DNA of 64,000 nt from Lingula anatina (lineage: Eukaryota; Animalia; Brachiopoda). The stretch covers positions 23,340,934 through 23,404,933 of the forward strand of contig CM120645.1 of NCBI GenBank assembly GCA_051362555.1, read 5' to 3'. Below, one piece after another: positions 37,328-62,997 of the stretch. Every line of letters begins with the position of its first letter. Within the stretch, counting starts at the first letter, position 1. Under the pieces are notes generated by a model, which saw nothing but the letters and a program-made list of their open reading frames with translations, had not been told where the DNA came from and did no database searches. The translations under genes were made by a program, and so were the position numbers.

Positions 37328-40300
37328 ATGGTGAAACAGTTTTTCAGTAAGTATATATAAATTTTTCCAATTTGCATGAGGCATGATTTGAAAATAAGAT
37401 ATGGTTTATTCAACCAAAGGTAAAGCAAGATATGTAAATTATTTAGATGTTTTGTCATTATATTTATATTTATGTGAATTGAAATTGTTTTTTATTTTAA
37501 TTTTTGTAATTTAAATTAATTTGTTAATTGATTTAAACCATTCTGTCAAATTGATAAATGCTCATATTGTGGAGATGTTATTTTCAGAAAAGAGGAGCAA
37601 GAGGCTAACATGTAGAAAAAAATACAAAATAGAAAGAAAGGTAAAGTAAACTGATTACAACTTTTTGAGGTGACAGTCAGATTTGGTAGTGTATTTAGAA
37701 TGCTAACTAGACTTTCATATTTGTAGCAACATTGATCTTTTGAAATACAGTAAACTCTTTGAAATCACTGATGCCAAATTGCACTGAATTTAGGTTCAGT
37801 GACTGTGTCAAATGTTTGGTGTGTAAAACTGTGTATGATTTCTTTTCATACGTGTAGCTATATTGATACTGATCAGAATTAATAACATTGTAAACGTGCT
37901 TCATTTTTTGTAATGGTATGTTTGTTTACTTGTTTATTAAAAGAAAAATTTTCCAGGTTAGAGAACACAACAGAAAGAAGAAAAAAGAAGCAAAGAACAA
38001 TCCCAACACTAAATGTGGGTTCATGCTTTTGTCATTAACAGTTGGCAGTAAACATGAAGATAACAGCCATAATAATAATTAGATAATAAATCATTTAGTA
38101 CACACAGTATATGTTGCAATCAACATGACAGTCATAAGTTTAATATCTTGATTTATCATATTTTTATGCCAGAGATTGATAAAATAAGCAAAAGTTTGGT
38201 TGTTTTTTTAGTCCACACAACGCATGTCTTTTTCAGCTAAAAGAAAAGATGTGGCTGTCCCAAACAGTTTGCCTTTTAAAGAAGAAATTTTGAAAGAAGC
38301 TGAAGACAGAAAGAGAAGGGTATTACAATGTATAGGTTCATATATTTCATAGAGTGATTGACGGATCTTGGAAGTTACTGGAATTTATGTTCCTTGCGCT
38401 CATTAGTTTGCCATTATTTTTGACCCACTCTCCTCCAAATCCTATGAAATTTTTTCTTGATTATGTGCTAATTCATGGGACATGGGGATCTCTTGGATGG
38501 CTCCAATTGTAATATGAGTATGTCAGGATAAGAATAGCATTAACTTACTGAACCTGAGGCCGCGGGTACTTTCTGGGATTGTCGAAAGCACATTGAAAAT
38601 TCAAGGTAATGAATTATTTTACAGTTAGAAGAAGAACAGCAACGTCTGAAAGACAAGAGGAAAAAAGACAGACAAAAGGTCTTGGATAAAAAGAGAAATT
38701 TAGCCAGTCTTGCTCAAGATGCACAGAAAAGAACAGAGGAATATGAGAGAAAGGTAAAGCATTGTTTACAGGCATCTTGTATCATGAAAATAATGCTATT
38801 TATTAAAACTGTCTGCATCGTTGTTCGTTGTGGCTGTCATTATTCTTAAATCATAATTCTTTATTAAAATATTTTGTAGCAATATTTGGTTTCTCTTTTA
38901 AATCTGTGCATACCAAGTAAATGAGTAATTGAATAAGCATTAAGTTTTAATTTTACCGGATTTAATATACTTCTTAGTAGATTAGAAAGTTAAAAGAAAT
39001 GAAAATGGTATGGAACAATATTGTTCACATTCTAAGTACACTTCAGTTGAAATATCACTTTGATGTGTCACTTTTAAAAATAACTTATTTCCCAGAATGC
39101 TCTGTCGGGGGAGGAGTCGTCCGCCGCTCTCACTGGCGGAAAACCCGTGGAGTCATCTCTCAAAGCTTACTACAAAGAGTTTAAAAAGGTAAGAACAGTG
39201 ATGGTATATTAGTCAAAGACTGGTATGTACAGACTTTTATTGTCATTGGCTTTTTGTCACATTTTGTATTAAGTTAATAAACTGTGCTTTATATCAGAAA
39301 AAACTATAATAGCAAGCTTGATATTTTTTCTTTTAGTTAGAATGTATCATTGTAAGTTTTTTAAGAAAAATTCCACATGCTAGTTTTCTTCCAGTATTTA
39401 AACTACAACAAAGTAATAAAGTGTATTGAAAAAGGATTTTGTGGTCTCTAGGTAAGATGATAAAACAGAATCTAAATAATGAGAGCAATGTTCTTAGTTA
39501 TCAAGATGGTGGATCCAACTTAGTACATGGATCTTGTCTCTACAAGTCTTCATCAGAAATAAAAATGCAATTAGAACTATTTATCCCTGTGTCGCCATAT
39601 GTTTAATAATAAAGATGTAGTTAGATAGCTCTGTGTCTGAAGGTGTTTCATAATGAAGGTGCCATTAGACCCATTTATCACTGTGTCTGCAGGTGATTGA
39701 GGCAGCAGACGTCATCTTGGAGGTGCTGGATGCCAGGGACCCTGTGGGAAGTCGCTGCCCCCAGGTGGAGCAAGCGGTGATCAGCGCAGGGGCAAACAAG
39801 AAACTGGTGCTAGTCCTCAACAAAATTGGTAAATTTGATTTAATTTATATTTGGTAAAAGTGAATTGTAGGGACAAAATCTTGGCTAATCAACTCCTGAA
39901 ATTGCTCGAGAGAAGTGAATGAGGGTGAGAAGCTATGTCAGGTAATTTGTCGGGGAAAGATTCATTGATTTTAATAGAGTTACATTAGCAAGAGTCACTT
40001 ACTGTTTTCTTTGTTCTGATACCAGTTTGCTATATTGTATGGTAATGCACTTGGTGTATATTGTTATAAATATTTTATTACAACTTTTACCAGATCTTGT
40101 TCCAAAAGAGAATGTTGAAAAGTGGCTGACACATTTGAGGAATGAATTACCCACTGTTGCCTTCAAAGCATCAACTCAGACACAGAAAGAAAACTTGGTG
40201 GGTAACTAGTGTACCGAGAAATGGTTTTATTGGAATTATAGACAGTTGCATTGAAATATAGTTTGATTTCGTGATCATTAGATACTGACTTTTCTTAGTA

Positions 40301-43300
40301 TTTTGTTGACTGGTTCATCTAGATCTTATCTAGACTTGTTCCTATCAGGTTCTTGTTAATCTCTATTAACTCTGGTGTAACATTATTTTCATACTGGAAT
40401 GAATCACATATGTTTTGTGTAAATTGATTTAATATTTGATACTGAAAATACTTTTGAAATTCATCAATTCTGCATGAATTTTTGCTAAAAATTCTAACAT
40501 GATCCAGAACATCGAAAATTAGCAAATGTAAGTCATCATAAACAGTTTCTTAAGTTAGAGTCCAGATTGCCTTGAGAAGCCCTTGATGGAAGCCAATTTT
40601 AACTTATTGTGACATATTAAGGGACTAGAAAATAATCCATATTATTGTTCAAACCAAATTTCTTAATCACATCAGATATTCAATAATAAGATTCATTAAT
40701 CTATTTATTTTGACCACAATTATACAGGGACAGAGTCGAGGCTCACTTCAAAAGACGACAGAAGATCTGCTGAAGTCAAGTCGCTGTGTAGGAGCAGACG
40801 CTCTCCTCAAGTTGCTAGGCAACTACTGTAGAAACCAAGATATCAGGACAGCTATTACTGTGGGGATTGTGGGTAAGTAGAGGATAACTTGACATGTGTT
40901 TGGAAGAAATTACTAGACGATGAAATCAAGTTGAAATTGAACCAGGCCAAATCTGATCTTTGTTCCTAATTTACAGAACATGAAATAATTCTTTTGTGAT
41001 TGAAGCTCATTATATCCCAAATGAGATAAATAACACTCACAGAAATGCATTTACTTGATAAACAATGTGTTACGTGTGACATGTTGTCACAATTGTCTTC
41101 AGGGTTTCCTAACACAGGCAAGAGCAGTATCATCAACAGTCTGAAGAGGTGTAAAGCGTGTGGTGTAGGTGCCACTCCTGGCTTCACCAAGTGAGTAGAA
41201 ATCATGGACAAACAATTTCAATTTTATTTATGTCTACTTCAGGACATTGTACTTATTCACTCATCACTTTAGAGAATAAGGAATATGCCTTAATTAGTCA
41301 CCAGTAATTTTTTTCAAACAGATAAAAAATGTGACTCTTGGCAATACACATTTGTCTCTAGCTCTTAACAAATGTAACCAAATACTCATTACCCCGTTGA
41401 AAAAATAATTTCCTTGCCAGTTGATGAGATTGAAGATACACAAACATTTGAATTGAAGTAAACATTGCTTTAAATTTATGAGAAATCAAGGAAGACAATT
41501 TAATGCTCTCATAAGTTTGCATTATAGGTAAAGATGTAACTTAAATTTTGAATTTAATTAAATTCGGTAATTGGCTTAGTGACTTCATATCTGCAAATTC
41601 TTCTCTCCTGCAGGACCATACAGGAGGTCCACCTGGATAAACACATCAAATTGCTGGACAGTCCGGGTATTGTCATGGCAACGGGATCCTCGGACGCTTC
41701 AGTAATTCTAAGGAATTGTGTGAAGGTAGGAATAACCTGGAGTCACTTTACTCTTTTAACATTACGCAGCTGATGGAATTCTTCCCTCACTTTCATATAT
41801 TATATGTGTCTTATCCCTTTTGTGTGCCTAACCCATCTGGTGGTATTACCTCTCTGACCCTCCAGTTTACAAGAGTATGTCATTTGTTTCAGATTGAGAC
41901 TCTCCCTGACCCCATTTCTCCAGTAGAGGCCATTATGCGGAGATGTAGCAAGCAGCAGGTGAGTAAAATAATATATAATAATAATAATGAGAAGTGGTGT
42001 CCTTAGGACTGCTTACTAGTACAATTTGTGTATTAGTACTTACACACACACACACACATGTATACTGGCAGTGGCTGGAAAATACTTTTGCTGACTCAAG
42101 AAGATGAACAACAAAAATAAGAAATTACTTCAAACGTGAAAAAAAAAAAATATTTGGGCTTGTAAGATATTCAGAACCACTATCATGAATAGACAAATGG
42201 CTTTTAATGTATACACAATACCTTCTGATATGCAGATGCCAAATTAGTTTTATGTACTATACAGTCAGATTAAGACAATTAAAAAGTATCTGGCTGATCT
42301 CTTATCATGACAATTGGAATTATTTCTTGAATGTTTTATCTCTCAGTTGATGCTCCACTACAATGTCCCAGACTACACGGACGTTCAGGAGTTTCTGTCT
42401 CTGCTGGCCACCAAGATGGGCAGATTGAAGAAGGGAGGAGTGCCAGACGTGGACAAGGCAGCGAAGACGGTGTTACAGGACTGGACAAGGTTAGCAATAT
42501 GGGGATGTGTTAAAATGGAAATCACAGAGATTGATGATTTTTCTCTGGATCTACAAAACATTTTGACTCAACAAGAAATAGAAATTATATCAGCTTTGCC
42601 ACATGCCTCTTTTCTCAGCTTGAGAAGAAGGGCCCCAGATGAATAATTAAGATAAAAGACGAAAAAAAAAAAATTACGGAATTTACTTAGTATGAGATAC
42701 ATGTTGACTATTTCAGTGGCAAGATAACATACTACACCCACCCCCCAGAGCAGCACTCTCTCCCTGTCCACCTTGACGCTGCCATAGTGACCCAGCTGAG
42801 CGCCGCCTTCGATGTCGAGAGCCTGATGAAGGAAGACGAGGACACACTGAGAGGTTTTGAATGATTTCATCATCGTTCTTTCTTTTTTTTTTTAACCAGG
42901 ATAGTGCACTCAAAAACTTTGCTTTCCTTTTGAAATTTAAGAAATTTGTTTATTTTTGGAGTAGAAGAAAATAATTGTTTTTGTTTACCGCTATATTACA
43001 GTTCATTGAATAACTCTTGTTGACATCTCTTAAATTTCAACAGTTATGTAGTGGAGTATTTTATATCAATAGACAAGATGGCCTGAAGATGTTTAAGGAG
43101 TTATCATGAAAGAAAATGCGATATAGACTCCATGCAACTTCACTCAATTCACAACAATTGTCAGTCTTAAGTGTATACGGTCTGCAGCATATAAACTGCC
43201 CCCACGCTATATGCCAGTAAAATTTTGTAAATTTGTCCAGTTACTGGTCACTATTTCTGCTTTGGGCTAGCCAATTTTTGGCACTGGAGGACCAGTACAC

Positions 43301-46300
43301 AAATATTTTGGCACAGGTTTTGTATGCTTTTCTATACCAATCATATCCCAGTGATCATAACTCATATCTCCATGCGTTTGCCCTGCCAGATCTGAAGAGT
43401 GTGAGTAGTATGGATATTGTGGTGGAGTCAGCTGGACCCACAGACGGAATTGTCACCGCGGAGGAAGAGGAGGAAGAGAAGATGGAGGAAGAAGAAGATG
43501 CTGAAGAGGTAGACATGTTGTTTTGTTTTCTCCCTTGTTCTTTGATATTCCATTTTACAGTTTATTTATTTATTTATTTGATAAAATGGATTATTACTTT
43601 GGAAAAAACAGTCCTGTATTATACCAAAAAGACATTTTTGATTTGGTTCTTTATCTCACTTAAAGGAACTGATATATTCTGTTATCTGCAAAAGTGACTG
43701 TGGTACTGTAATGTTTCGGAGTAGCGAGGGTTGTGAAGAGAAAAAAATTATACATTGCTTGACAGGATGCTTCCTTATTAATAAGTGATAGACTAAGTTT
43801 ATGTTAGATTTTCAATGTCAGTCTGTCAGTTATTACATAAGAAACTACCTCTCTATAATATTTAATGTATTGACTGACAGAGTAAGTGCAATATTTACAC
43901 AAGTGATTGGAATGGACAGAATGTTTGCTCTACTGCCTCATGAATTGATTATTTCAGTAGGTTTTAACAGCTGCCTTAGAGACACTGTTGGGAAATTTCA
44001 CTCTAATAAACCAGATTTTCACAATAAGCAGTTTATAAAAAACTTTTTAACTAGGTAAGGGGAATGGGGGAAGTTATCTTTATATAACTTATAAGATGAC
44101 TCATCTTGGTAGAACTCTTTGATTAAGCTTAACTAACAATAAGAGGCAGTTTCTGTATTCTCCCCTCCCCTCCCCCCCTTCTCACACACACACACACGCA
44201 CATGCACACGCACACACCTGGGACCTGTCATTTGTCATTTCACAAAGCCATAAAATAATTTAATGTCAGAAATTATATGATATTATATAATGTATTCTCA
44301 TAATTCTTTGAAGGACAAGTGAATGTATAAAATATTTAATGTGACTTTAACCTTTTAATAATAATAATAATATATTTATTTTGAGTCTAAACTCCATATA
44401 AATATGTTCATTAGACTTTACAAATATGTACATACAAATAACAGATAAACAACTGGTCATAACACACTGTGTACACGATCTCGCCTCCCTTTTAATCATT
44501 AAAGCTACAAAAAAATGAATGGTTGGCACAATATCACAGATGAGGATAGTGAAATGAAATCTTCCAGACTTCTCCTTAACAGTTATAGCTAGAATTTTTA
44601 GTGCTTAGCATTTATTTCCTCAGGATATGAATTTTATCTGATTAAGTTCACTCTCAATGCATAATCACATTCCTTCCAGACAGATTTAAATTAAGGATTT
44701 ACTTTGAATTTGCAATGAATAAAAAAAATATAGAAACAACATCATTATGCATATCAAAAATGCCCTTGCTCATCTAATTTACTCATGTGAGACACAACAT
44801 TGTGGACATCACTCACAGCATCTATTTTCTGCTTTAATTTCTTTTTGGTATAGTAACCGTCTATGTCAGCCCCTCCAAAGATTTCATTCATGGGGTTTCT
44901 GCTTACCCTACCACTGGGGAAGTGACTATAGTCTGGTTTTGTTGGCTTTGTAGAAAAGTAAGAGAACCCCACAGTTGGGGTTGTCCTTGTTGCTAGGAGC
45001 CATGGTTCCCGTGGTAACTGTGTTGCCCTGGCAATGGACAAAGTCTCCAAATAGGCATCCCTGTGGATTGTGTTGAGTTTTTGTCGCTTATGGTGTGCAT
45101 TTTTGGGAAACTTATGTCCATTTTGTATAGCAGGAAGAATGGGACTAGATTTAGAATTTTTGCGACTGCCTTGATTGTCTCTGAGATCATTTGGGCTCAG
45201 TCTCATGTTTGGCGTAAAATCCTCCATTTTTTGTTTGTCCTCTCTCTCAAGATCCTCACTAAGAACTGGGGAGTCCACCAGACCAAACCTGTTGTACCAC
45301 AGACTGTCCTTTTCTAGATCATACTCACTGTCCACTGGGGAGGGGACACGTGGTGCCCTCTCTGACCTCTGTGCTCTACCTCTGTCCTGTATCCTGTCCT
45401 GTGATGGAGTTTCTACGAGGTTGCTCTCTTGGTCGGTCCACTTCCATCCACCACATCCTGGACATTGCTGACCTAACGGGACACTGGACGAGGCAGGGTC
45501 ACACTCGCAGGGGTCAACACTGACCGTGTCTTCATTGTCATGGTGACTGGCTGAGGTTAAGGAGAGCAAACTCTCAGGTCTGCTGGTGCTGGGAACAGTG
45601 GGAACGGAATTGTCTTCTTTTGGAAGTGAAGATCGTTTTAGAATGCCCCTGGCTGGCGAAAGTTTTACCTCTAATGCCTTCTTTCTGTTGGCTGGATCAG
45701 TGGATGACTGGGGTCCTATTGGTGGCAGTGAAACTTTCTTCTTTTTTGCCACCACACCAGCTGTGGTTTTAACTTCATTTTTGTCCGTAAATGTGACCCT
45801 CTTGGTGGGTTCGTTCCCTCTGAGTTGTGTGGTGTGGATTCCGCTTTGTTTCCTCTGTTGATTAGGCAACGATTTCCCACTGACACTGGCTGTTGTGTCA
45901 GTATAGAGGTACAGCTGCTGGGGGGACATACCTCTGCTTTTTATTCCAGAATTACACCTTCTTTAGAAGTGGCAAAAATTGTTCCTGACACTGTGTTTCA
46001 TGTATTCCATGTTTCATTTTTGTTTTCAATTCTGTCAAAGGGCAAAGTTTTAAATGTGCTATATTCTTCAGTTCTTGTAATCCTTCTCCGTGCTAAGGCT
46101 CATTCTCGTGTTATGAATAATATTACTGAATTGTTTTCATTTAAATCCTAGTTGAGTAGATGCATGTCATGAATTCCTGCTTTACAAGCCCAATTGATCC
46201 TGTCAACACCATTTGTCTCCAATTAATACACTGAACAGTGACAGGTGACAACTTGAATTTTGTGTACTGTGTTACAGTAATCAATTTGTGCTGTTTGCAG

Positions 46301-48569
46301 TAGCATCCAAATAAATGATTGAAGATGGCGCCGTGGAATTTATCAATCAACTGTCCTCGTTGAGTGGCTTCCAAATGTGATTGATAGATGGGAACTGTTT
46401 CCTATTCCGCTTTGGCCATTGATTTGTCTGCCTCTCAAAATCCTCAGGTCCTTGGGTTCATCTAGTACTCCATTAGCAGCTTTAAGTATTTTCTGATGTA
46501 GCTCTTTTTAATCTATTTGCTCACTGTGGTAGGGTTCTTGGCAGAAAGAAGTAACTAGGGCTCCATGTTGCCTGCACCTGTACAACAGCAACAGATCAGA
46601 ACAGTTTTGGTATTGTGCGTCTAAAAGTCTTCAATTGTGTGGAGTGTGTACTTTATGGCGTGTGATGAGGCTATTCTAATGGATTGGCTCTTTGGAGATT
46701 GTTTATGTAGCTACTTAGCATAGTAAATTGACTGTTTTGACTGGGCACTTTCAATAAATTGACCCGTTTTTAAATGGTGTCACATTTTTTGCTTTATAAT
46801 GAACAACACAGAAAAATATTTTTCTTCTGTGACATTTTGTGAACTCTACTGTTAAATTGTTATCTTAATCTTTCTAAAATGTTTAATGTAGAGAGCGTGT
46901 CGTAGCATGTATTTGCTTTTCAGCTTATGTAATTTCTGTACTTCAGTTGTAAAAGGTTACTTTGCTAAGATCACTGCTGTCATAACCTTTCATAAAATTC
47001 TTCTAAATTGTCTTGTGGTAAGAAGTTGATAGTAGGCTGTGCTTTACATGTGCCCTAGATTTTACTTTTCTGATGTTTTTTTTTCTAAGTTTTCTTACTG
47101 ATATATAAATATTGGATCGAATTGAAAATAAGAATTAGTTAATCGTACCTGTTTGTATTTGGGCTCCTTCCACCACCGCCAGCTCTCTTAATGGGTTAAA
47201 CCACCACCATGTCATTCAATTCTGTTCTTCAGAGACCTCAGTGTCAGTGAGGAGGTCTAAACCTCAATGGCCACAACTCCTCATTGTACAACCAAATAAT
47301 TTTTCATTAAAAAAAGGTGTGATAAATTTGATATTCTGATTTCTCCACAGAAGGGAAAACAAATAGTAGAAGTCAATTAAAAAAACATCAACCCTTTAAT
47401 ATTTAATGACCCTCCGTGACTATTCAGTTTATTCACCAGCAGGATTTGATTATAGAATTATTAATTAGGAACTGTCTTGGTGAAGGTTAAATAAGCAAGG
47501 GGGTGTATTGATAGTTATTGATGTGACCTCTGACCTAACCTTTGACCTGTGACCTAATCTTTGACATCTGTCACTTAGAATCCACTGTGCTCTCTTTGTT
47601 GACAAAATTGATGTCATGCTCTTTTTTAAGCTGTTGTTTACCTGCTTTTCACACAGGTAATTTTATTTGCAGTGTTAAGTGACTGTGCTATGGTAAATTA
47701 GGCACTATAAGTTCCAATGTAAAGAACTGATTAACTTAATTATTCAAACTTTAAAGATTAGGATGTGCTCAGTAATAGGGAACATGTTTGAGGTGGACAA
47801 TTCAACTAGATGTGTACTAGTTGCACTATCAACAACACATTTAACCAAACTTTTGTCAACTTTTTTCATTATATTTATGACCATTTTCAATTGGCAAAAT
47901 TGAGCATACAATATAAAACTTATGCACAGAGTCAAGTTTATAGGTGTTTCAGTAACTATGCATTTAGTAGTACAATAAAATGTTTTATTTGCCTAGATTT
48001 TCCTTTCAGAGTCTGATCTTAGTGCACCTATTCATGTCTCATCTTTGATTTTGACTTGTAGTTAAAGGATGTCACGGTATCCATGGAAACAAAACCAACC
48101 AAGAAGAGCTCGTCCAAGGTTACAGAGAAGAAAAAACAAAACTCTGAGAATGTCCCGAGTCTTAACCAGCAGGTAAACAGAGAAAGAAAACAGGATTTTA
48201 AGAAGATGAAGAAAAAGAGAAAGAGAGCAGGTACAGTACTGAAAATTTTTATTCAAAATACAGGACAATTTTAATTTAGTAAAAATATCCCTCATTTTGT
48301 TACAATATAAAGAAGTGATATCATCAATTACAATTTTCTTAGTTGTCAATCACATCTTGATTTTCATTTAGAGAAAGTCATCAAAGCAACTAATTTCCAA
48401 CAAATTGTCTCTAATTTTTTTTCTGTTGTTAGAATGAGTCTTGACCCATGCTTTGACATCATTTTCAGATGCATTGGCGGGAGAGCTCTCCAGGGCACTA
48501 GATGGCGCTATGAGTGGACTCGGAGCTGAAGCTGAAGAGGATTACGACTTCGGAACAGACTTTAAATGA
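37328..48569 (+). CDS. GNL3: Nucleostemin/GNL3-like circularly permuted nucleolar GTPase
   Basis: Exons 37328-37346, 37588-37640, 37957-38014, 38237-38319, 38625-38753, 39096-39188, 39693-39828, 40094-40197, 40728-40872, 41103-41190, 41614-41725, 41893-41958, 42347-42489, 42717-42853, 43390-43508, 48062-48230 and 48469-48569. Motifs: [42 protein letters not shown] (G4), GFPNTGKSS (G1), DSPG (G3), KKGGVPD and C-terminal DYDFGTDF. Confidence 0.93.
44754..45929 (-). CDS. Nested antisense single-exon ORF, 391-aa uncharacterised, largely disordered protein
   Basis: Long non-repetitive ORF, GC-richer than the surrounding intron. Motifs: RVTF, RGILK, CxC..CPGC and [16 protein letters not shown]. 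Putative acceptor near 46578 and an upstream donor near 47148. Confidence 0.7.
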   Translation of the reverse strand: MSPQQLYLYTDTTASVSGKSLPNQQRKQSGIHTTQLRGNEPTKRVTFTDKNEVKTTAGVVAKKKKVSLPPIGPQSSTDPANRKKALEVKLSPARGILKRSSLPKEDNSVPTVPSTSRPESLLSLTSASHHDNEDTVSVDPCECDPASSSVPLGQQCPGCGGWKWTDQESNLVETPSQDRIQDRGRAQRSERAPRVPSPVDSEYDLEKDSLWYNRFGLVDSPVLSEDLEREDKQKMEDFTPNMRLSPNDLRDNQGSRKNSKSSPILPAIQNGHKFPKNAHHKRQKLNTIHRDAYLETLSIARATQLPREPWLLATRTTPTVGFSYFSTKPTKPDYSHFPSGRVSRNPMNEIFGGADIDGYYTKKKLKQKIDAVSDVHNVVSHMSKLDEQGHF

Positions 48570-51292
48570 GGAGAAAAAAGAGCAGAGACTTTTCAACAAA
48601 AGACACAATCTTCAGTTATTTAAATGCATCTTTATTTTTGAAACTGAGCAAATGTAATCTATGAATTGAGACAAGGTGGCAGAACACAAAATAATTTGGA
48701 AAGACTATCATCATAAATGCACTGGCTGTGAAGAATAAAGAAATTTGTTCAAAAATAATTCTAATTTTTGATTTGACTGAGAAATACCAGGGCTGTCCAA
48801 AGACTTATAATAAAATGACAAATTAGTCATAAAAAAATTCAAATGTTTTTATTTTCATCAGAATGTCAAATATTTGCACTTTCTGTGCAAACTTCATTTT
48901 TGTAGGCAACATTTAACCTTGCTGATTATAATTTTTCTTGCATAATAAATACAGTCACCTCCTAGTAAATTGTATTTCCATTTAATAGCAAGTTAAAACT
49001 TTGTCAAGGTGTACTCGTAACATCTTTAACTGCTGCATATATATCTTCTGTAGAAATCGGTATTGTTCAATTCATGGTTTGAACTACCATATCAACACAG
49101 CTGGGGGTACTATAGATATTTTATTATACCAAGCAATTAATTTCATAAGTCCTTGTCACATTGAGCAGCAGTTTTCTGTATCAAGCCAGCTTGACTATCC
49201 CAGAGGGGCGCAGGGACTCTGTTGAGGCGACTCGTTTACAAAATACCCTGCCTATTAAGTTGTCACTCTCAAACTGAGGCGATACAGAAAATTGCCATTC
49301 GATGTGAAAGGGGCCATAACTATTTGTACAAGCTTTTTTTTTGTATTCAATATACATTGATTGTAGCTTGAAACAAATTAATTCATCTGCATTTTGACCT
49401 AATTACATGTCCACATCAGCCGATATAAAAAAGCATCACAAATCATATTTTGTGATAACAGTCTATAAAAACAATATATACAGATTACATGTTGTAACAA
49501 AACCATTAGAATAGTAATTATATAACATTGCTGTGATGGAATTAAGTATGAATGTAAACAAACCAAACACCACAAATGCCAAGCTGTATATAAATCCTCA
49601 ATCCATGGTGTATAAAACCAGTAAAACCCCCTTTACACTGGACGACGTCCTTTCTGCATCCTGTAATATGGCCCCGTTTGAGAGTTAAAAAAAAAACTTT
49701 ACGTGCCAACAACTGGCCAATCATTGAGCATTCATTCTGCAACCAAAGCGATGCTTGTGCCTCCTTTCTATGACCTCAGCGATACCAGTTTCATAGTCGT
49801 ACAAAGGACGCAGAAAGAATGCCGTCCAGTGTAACGAGGGCTTAAGGGAAAGTTATCTCACTCAAGAATAAATTGCACAGTTGAACATGTGTTGATAAAT
49901 AACAAAATTTCCATACGAAGACTGTCATTGGGCAGTCCATCCAACTGGATCAGCTTCGTTTATAGTTTTACAAATCATTCAATTTGAATTACAACAGTAG
50001 AAAATCACACCATTCAGCTGCTCGCATTTGACAAGCTGAGTGTAAATTTCTCCAAAAAAATTGTTGATCTGTTGAGACTATGAGACTAAAATTGTGCAAG
50101 AATATCCTACTCCAAGCCACCAAGATGCTGAATCCTGTTACATAAGCTGTGAAATTCTTATCACACCACTTGAGTGAATTTTTATCAAGCCACTTAAATA
50201 ATTTTGTTCACTAATTTTTTCTTCTTGATGGCAAAAGGGCAAATATGTACAAAGGAAGCAAAGGAGCATGAATGAAAAACAAAGTAGAAAATCTAAAGAC
50301 AAACATTCATCAGCAGGTAAATCTCTCCCAGCCCTGGCGTACATCACAGTTACAAAGTGACCCAGAGAATGAAGAGAGGGTTTTTAACAGGGCCCCAGAA
50401 AACGTTAGTCAAAACTCAAGAAGGAAATTTTGTAGTCTTTTCACTCAGAATAAGTCTCTCAAAGTTTGTTCCAACGAGCCATTTTTATAAAAACTAAGAA
50501 ATGCTTCAAACACGCAACTGCCATGATTTTGTGGACTTAAATTAAGTTTTCTTGGATCAAAGAAGTCCTTTTTGTTAAACTTCTGAGCTGTGTTCTTTTG
50601 TCAACCATCAACAGGCCCCAGAACTTCAGGGATGAAGAATGCACATTTGGATTTCCTTTATCATAAAAAACATCCATCTTCATCCAGCAATCTTTCAACA
50701 TGCATATTGTTTGGAGGTTTCTTTTTCAATGAACAGTATGGACCAATGAAGATGATAGCTTTTCTGCATATGAATTTGTGGCCACCCATTACAAACAAAT
50801 TACTATGATATAACACTGGCAGTTATATATGATCACCAAGACCACTGTTTGAACTTCATCTATACAACTTTGTTCAACAACATCATCATCTCTGTTCATG
50901 TCAACAATCAAGAAATTTTTGGACAATTTGAAAACATCAGCAGCCAAATAAGAACTACTTAACGTCATGAGCAAGGCGCTAGCCAATCTTCCTAATTTAT
51001 ATAATATTTATTACTTCTACATTATCTAAATGTCAATTTTCTATATATTAACTACTGCATTATTGGGGGAGGTTCCACTGTCAAAATGCTGACTCAGCCA
51101 TTCTTTACATGTCTAGACCTTTGTACACCACTGCTAATATCACTGTCGTCCCTATATATGTATATGATACTAACTACTGGTACTGTATTTGTTATTGTCA
51201 ACACGCGTAGCATATCTCTCGTTGCTGAACTCGTGGAAAGAAACCCGTTTTCTCATTTCTTTGAGGGCCCTGGAAAGAGGGGGGTGTCAGAC

Positions 51293-51333
<41 letters not shown>

Positions 51334-51619
51334 TCCAGACGAGACTTTTTGCAAGGTATGAATGCTTAAAGTTAACAAGGTTTTGAATTATCATCCAAAG
51401 AAATGAGTCCAGAAATTCGACTTTACGCATTTCCATTCCTCCACTTACAGAAGAGCATCTGTTGTGTTCAAAGCCAGATTAATTCTTGTCCTACAGTACA
51501 AAGGCAGCTGAAAGACCTGTGGAGGGCACTCTTCATCAAAAGCACTTAATTTGGTATTTTGTCACTCTCTCTCTCTGTCTCACCGAGTCCATGAACACAG
51601 ACAAATAGGGGAAGTGTTC

Positions 51620-62997
<11,378 letters not shown>

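Noticed and set aside
40915-40968. Possible C/D-box snoRNA (CGATGA...CTGA)
   Set aside because: Too short (~45 nt), with an imperfect C box and no identified target.
44571-44588. U12-like branch point TCCTTAAC plus AG on the + strand in the GNL3 intron
   Set aside because: There is no matching U12 donor upstream (the exon 15 donor is GTAGAC), and the GNL3 frame closes without it.
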